Shown one piece after another: positions 51,255 to 54,618 of a stretch of DNA of 54,618 nucleotides. The stretch is from NCBI GenBank assembly GCA_020718905.1, contig DYRD01000006.1, positions 1-54,618 on the forward strand. The letters are read 5' to 3'. Under the pieces are notes generated by a model. The model saw only the letters and a program-made list of their open reading frames with translations, searched no databases and was not told where the DNA came from. Numbering within the stretch: the first letter of the stretch is position 1; each line of letters opens with the position of its first letter. This stretch comes from Syntrophus aciditrophicus (GTDB lineage: Bacteria; Desulfobacterota; Syntrophia; Syntrophales; UBA8958). A program made the translations under genes and the position numbers.

Positions 51255-52447
51255 TTAGAAGTCGCCCGGGGGGATCTGGAAGAGTCCGGCGATTACGGCG
51301 TCAAAATATTCCGGCAGATAACGGTCCCATAACTTCACGGGGAGGTCTTTCAATTCCAACTGGGCGGACAGGGGAAACAGGAAAAGATAGCGCATCAGAT
51401 ATTCCACGTTTCTTGCTAAATGTCCCCGGTACTGCTGGCGGAGGCGCTGAGAGATAATCCGGTCTTCATGCATGCAGCGGCCGATCTCGCTTTCCAGTAT
51501 CTCCTGGTAGTTGGAGACGATGATTTCCAGATAGACATCTTCCTCTCCGGAAAGGACGAAATCGGCAAAATGTCGGTCCGCCAACTCCGGAGCCACCCCC
51601 CGCCTTGCCAAGACGGCGCGGATGCTCGCCGGCATGGGACCGCGGACCAATTCGTCCTTGGGCGGCTCGATGCGAACCACGAGATTGAGGGCGTTGTATA
51701 TCCCCTGATGGCGTTCCTCCTCGACCACCCGGCAATGTTCGATATTGGCGAGGGCCGTCCTTATCCGCTCCTGTTCGTCGTCCTCCAAAACCACTTTTAC
51801 GCCGGCTACGTCATTGATTACCAAGTCGGTCGCCCCTGCGATCTCCCGCTGCTGCTGGAGGTCTTCGACAAACCGCTCTTCCGCGTCGAGAAATTCGCCG
51901 AGCATATCCTCCGGGGAAGAAAGAAGGTATTCCCGGGGAATGCATAGACGCACGGCCCGCTCATCAGCCAGGGTTTCGGCGTGTCTTTTGATCGCGTCAA
52001 AGATCCGGTCAATTATCCGCCTCGCCCCTTTTTCCGCCAAACGCCGGATGCGTTTGATCCGCAATGATCCGAGATAACCCCCCCCTCTTCCTGCCTCTTG
52101 AAAAACAGCATGGCGTGGCAGGGGGTTTCGCGATAGAACCTTCCGGGATGATCCTTATAGTCCCTGATCAGTCCCGCGATGCGGAGGTTGGAGTACGGCG
52201 GCCTGCGGACCATGGCGTCCTTGACCTCTCCCTTCAGACCGGTCCGCTCCCCCCGCAGGTCTGAACCATATAATTCCTGGAAAAGCCTCCCCGCAAAATG
52301 GTAAAGATACCGGGAAACGAAAAGCTGATTGAAATGGACCAGGCGCATAATCAGGTCGCCGTCGCCGCCCTGGACATTGCCGTACATGCAACGACGGATA
52401 AGATCCTTCATAGCATTACGGTGCAGATAGCTGTCAATGGTAATCAT
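51255..52447 (-). CDS. Conserved hypothetical protein with a RelA/SpoT-like nucleotidyltransferase pattern, frameshifted in a G run near 52080
   Basis: ORFs 52013..52447 and 51255..52064 join as EEGGYLGSLRIKR; motifs NDVAGVKVV, YNALNLVV, LEIIV, HE. Confidence 0.65.
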
Positions 52448-52565
52448 GGCATCTCCGCCGCTGGTGATTTTTCCTTTACAAAAGGCTTTTCCTTCTTTAT
52501 GGTAACTCGTATACGGAAGATATCATAAACAAGACAAAATAGACAGGCATGAAAGGGGTGACACC

Positions 52566-53168
52566 ATGGCGCAAGACGACGCATTGGACCAGGCCTACGG
52601 AGGTCCAGACATCGGCAGGAAGATCCGGACCCTCAGGGAGAAAGAACAGTTGACGATCATGGATCTGGCGGCAAAAACAGGCCTTTCCAGATCCGTCCTT
52701 GGCGAAATAGAGTCGGGAGAGGTTACGCCCCCCGTCGGCGTACTTCTCAAGCTTGCCAAGACCCTGAATGTAGGCATGGCTTACTTTTTTCAGGATACGG
52801 TCGTCGCGGACAAGACTTCCGTTACCCGCAAAGACCAGCGATTGAGGGTCAGGAGGCGTCCCCATCATCACGAGGGCGAAGTGGACTATACCTACGAATC
52901 CCTGGAAACAGGTAAGCCGGACAAGCACATGGAGCCCCTCTTCGTCGAATTCATGCCTATGGAAACAGGGGACATGATTTTTTCCACCCATTAAGGAGAG
53001 GAATTTGTTTATCTCTTAGAAGGAAAACTGGCATTCAGATCCCACGAACGTACAGAAATCCTCGCCCCGGGAGACACCATCTATTTTGAGTCCGACATCA
53101 GTCATGCCTTCCGGGGACTCGACGGCAAGGCGGCGAAGGCGATCGTAGTCGTCTGGAACAGGTTATAG
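52566..53168 (+). CDS. XRE-family HTH + cupin regulator with an in-frame TAA at 52992-52994
   Basis: HTH (IGRKIRTLR..LAAKTGLS..IESG..P); past the TAA GEEFVYLLEG..PGDTIYF.SD..H.F to TAG 53168. Confidence 0.9.
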
Positions 53169-53189
53169 GAAAGATTTGGGAGGCTGATT

Positions 53190-53749
53190 ATGCTGGAAAT
53201 CCGGTTTCACGGACGGGGGGGCCAGGGAACGGTCCTCGCCACGATCCTGCTTTCGCAGGCATTCTTCCAGGCCGGCTATCAGGTACAGAGTTTTCCCTTC
53301 TTCGGGGTAGAAAGGCGAGGCGCTCTCGTGGAAGCATACCTGCGTCTGGACGCAAAAAAATCCTCCTGCGGACCAACGTCACGGCCCCAGATCATGTGGT
53401 TGTACAGGACCAGACCTTATTGCAGAGTATCGACGTCACCAGGGGTTTGAAACCGGGGGGGTGGATACTTCTCAACAGTCCCGAAGCCGCTGCGAACCCG
53501 GCTCGGTTCCGCGGTTTCCGGCTTGCCTGGGTGGATGCGACCCGGATCGCCATGAAACACCACTTGGGAAGCCGCACCCATCCCATTGTCAATACGGCCA
53601 TGATGGGCGCCTTTGCCCGCATGTTGGCAATACCGCCGATGGAGGCGGTGTGTAACGCCATCCGGGAGGAGGTCCCTTCCGAACCGGAAGCGAACATTGC
53701 CGCCGCCCGGGAAGCCTATGAGGAAGTCACGTTATTGGGCGAGATATAA
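53190..53749 (+). CDS. 2-oxoacid:ferredoxin oxidoreductase gamma subunit (PorC-like), frameshifted in an A run at 53354-53360
   Basis: [19 protein letters not shown]; second frame VVQD..LK..VDATRIA..NTAMMGA. Confidence 0.9.
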
Positions 53750-53788
53750 CTCCGCTTCTAAAGCGGAGATAAAATTGAGAGGAAAGAT

Positions 53789-54618
53789 ATGGAAACTGAC
53801 CTCAGTCTGAAAAAGAACCTCTACATGCCTCGGACATCAGTTACCACTGAAAGCAATAAAACCGGGTCCTGGCGTTTTCTGCGTCCGCGATATGAAGAAA
53901 AGACATCTCCCTGCAGCGCCGCCTGCCCCGTGGGAGAAGATATTGCCCGGATCGAAATGCTCATCACCCAGGGTGCCTTCAAGGAGGCCTGGGAAACGAT
54001 TCTGAGAGAAAACCCCCTGCCCGGCGTCTGCGGCCGGGTCTGCTATCATCCCTGTGAAGGCCGCTGCAACCGCCGGGAATTCGACACCGCCATTGCCGTC
54101 CATACAATGGAGCGTTTTCTTGCCGATACGGCGGTCCGGAATGAAATGAAGCCGGCCATGAAAAGGCAGTCCCCCAAAGGAAAGAGCGTCGCCATTATCG
54201 GTTCCGGTCCGGCGGGGCTCGCGGCGGCCTGGTTTCTCAACATGCTCGGTTACGAAAGCGAGATCTTCGAAGCCCTGCCCGAGGCGGGGGGCTGTTGCGC
54301 TGGGGAATTCCAGCCTATCGGCTGCCGGCGGCGGTCCTGAGTGCCGAGATTGGCCGGATCGAAAGCCTGGGGGGCCGCATCAGAAGCGGCGAGGCCGTAT
54401 CGGCCTCCCGCTTTGAGGAGTTACAGGCCTCCTATGACGCCGTTTTCCTTGGCTGCGGTTACGGGCCGCCCAGCACGGCTCTGAATATTCCCGGCGAATC
54501 CGGAACGGGCGTTGCAGACGGCCTCTCATTCCTGAGGCAGCTCCGCCAAGGTGAAAAGCCGGACGTAACGGGAGTTTCCGCCGTCATCGGCGGGGTCAAT
54601 ACGGCCATAGACCTCGCC
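53789..54618 (+). CDS. FAD-dependent Fe-S oxidoreductase (PorD-like N-terminus + GltD/SudA-like body), frameshifted near 54286 and truncated by the window end
   Basis: KTGSWR..P, PCSAACP, NPLPGVCGRVC.HPCE..C.R, GSGPAG; next frame LLRWGIPAYRL..GGVNTAID. Confidence 0.85.

Noticed and set aside
9584-52994. Genome-wide stop-codon reassignment or pyrrolysine read-through
   Set aside because: All three stop codons occur as interruptions, TAA would need to encode both Tyr and Glu, and TAA, TAG and TGA each end normal genes here.
709-54300. Programmed ribosomal frameshifting at 722, 3733, 52080, 53357 and 54286
   Set aside because: All lie in homopolymer runs of ordinary genes, which is typical of long-read indel error.

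Overview
A GC-rich chromosomal segment whose gene content suggests an anaerobic Desulfobacterota (Syntrophales-like) bacterium; this taxonomy is inference. It carries mostly housekeeping genes (rpsA paralog, mazG, surE, gmhA-grpE-dnaK, rfbB, SufC/SufB-like pair, rlmI, sfsA fusion, sbcDC, manC, maf, yggS, purC, dnaJ, cls, 2-oxoacid:ferredoxin oxidoreductase subunits) plus PAS signalling proteins. I saw no rRNA, tRNA, CRISPR array or intact mobile element. Many genes are broken by homopolymer frameshifts, single in-frame stops or internal deletions, most likely assembly error, so single-base claims need caution. The two strongest leads are (1) an intact 683-aa class III RNR (NrdD) homolog whose glycyl-radical Gly is replaced by Gln, with no adjacent activase and a SAMHD1-like HD gene upstream, and (2) an uncalled secreted HMA-like protein with a CxxU motif followed by a SECIS-like hairpin. 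All family assignments come from motif recognition, not database searches.
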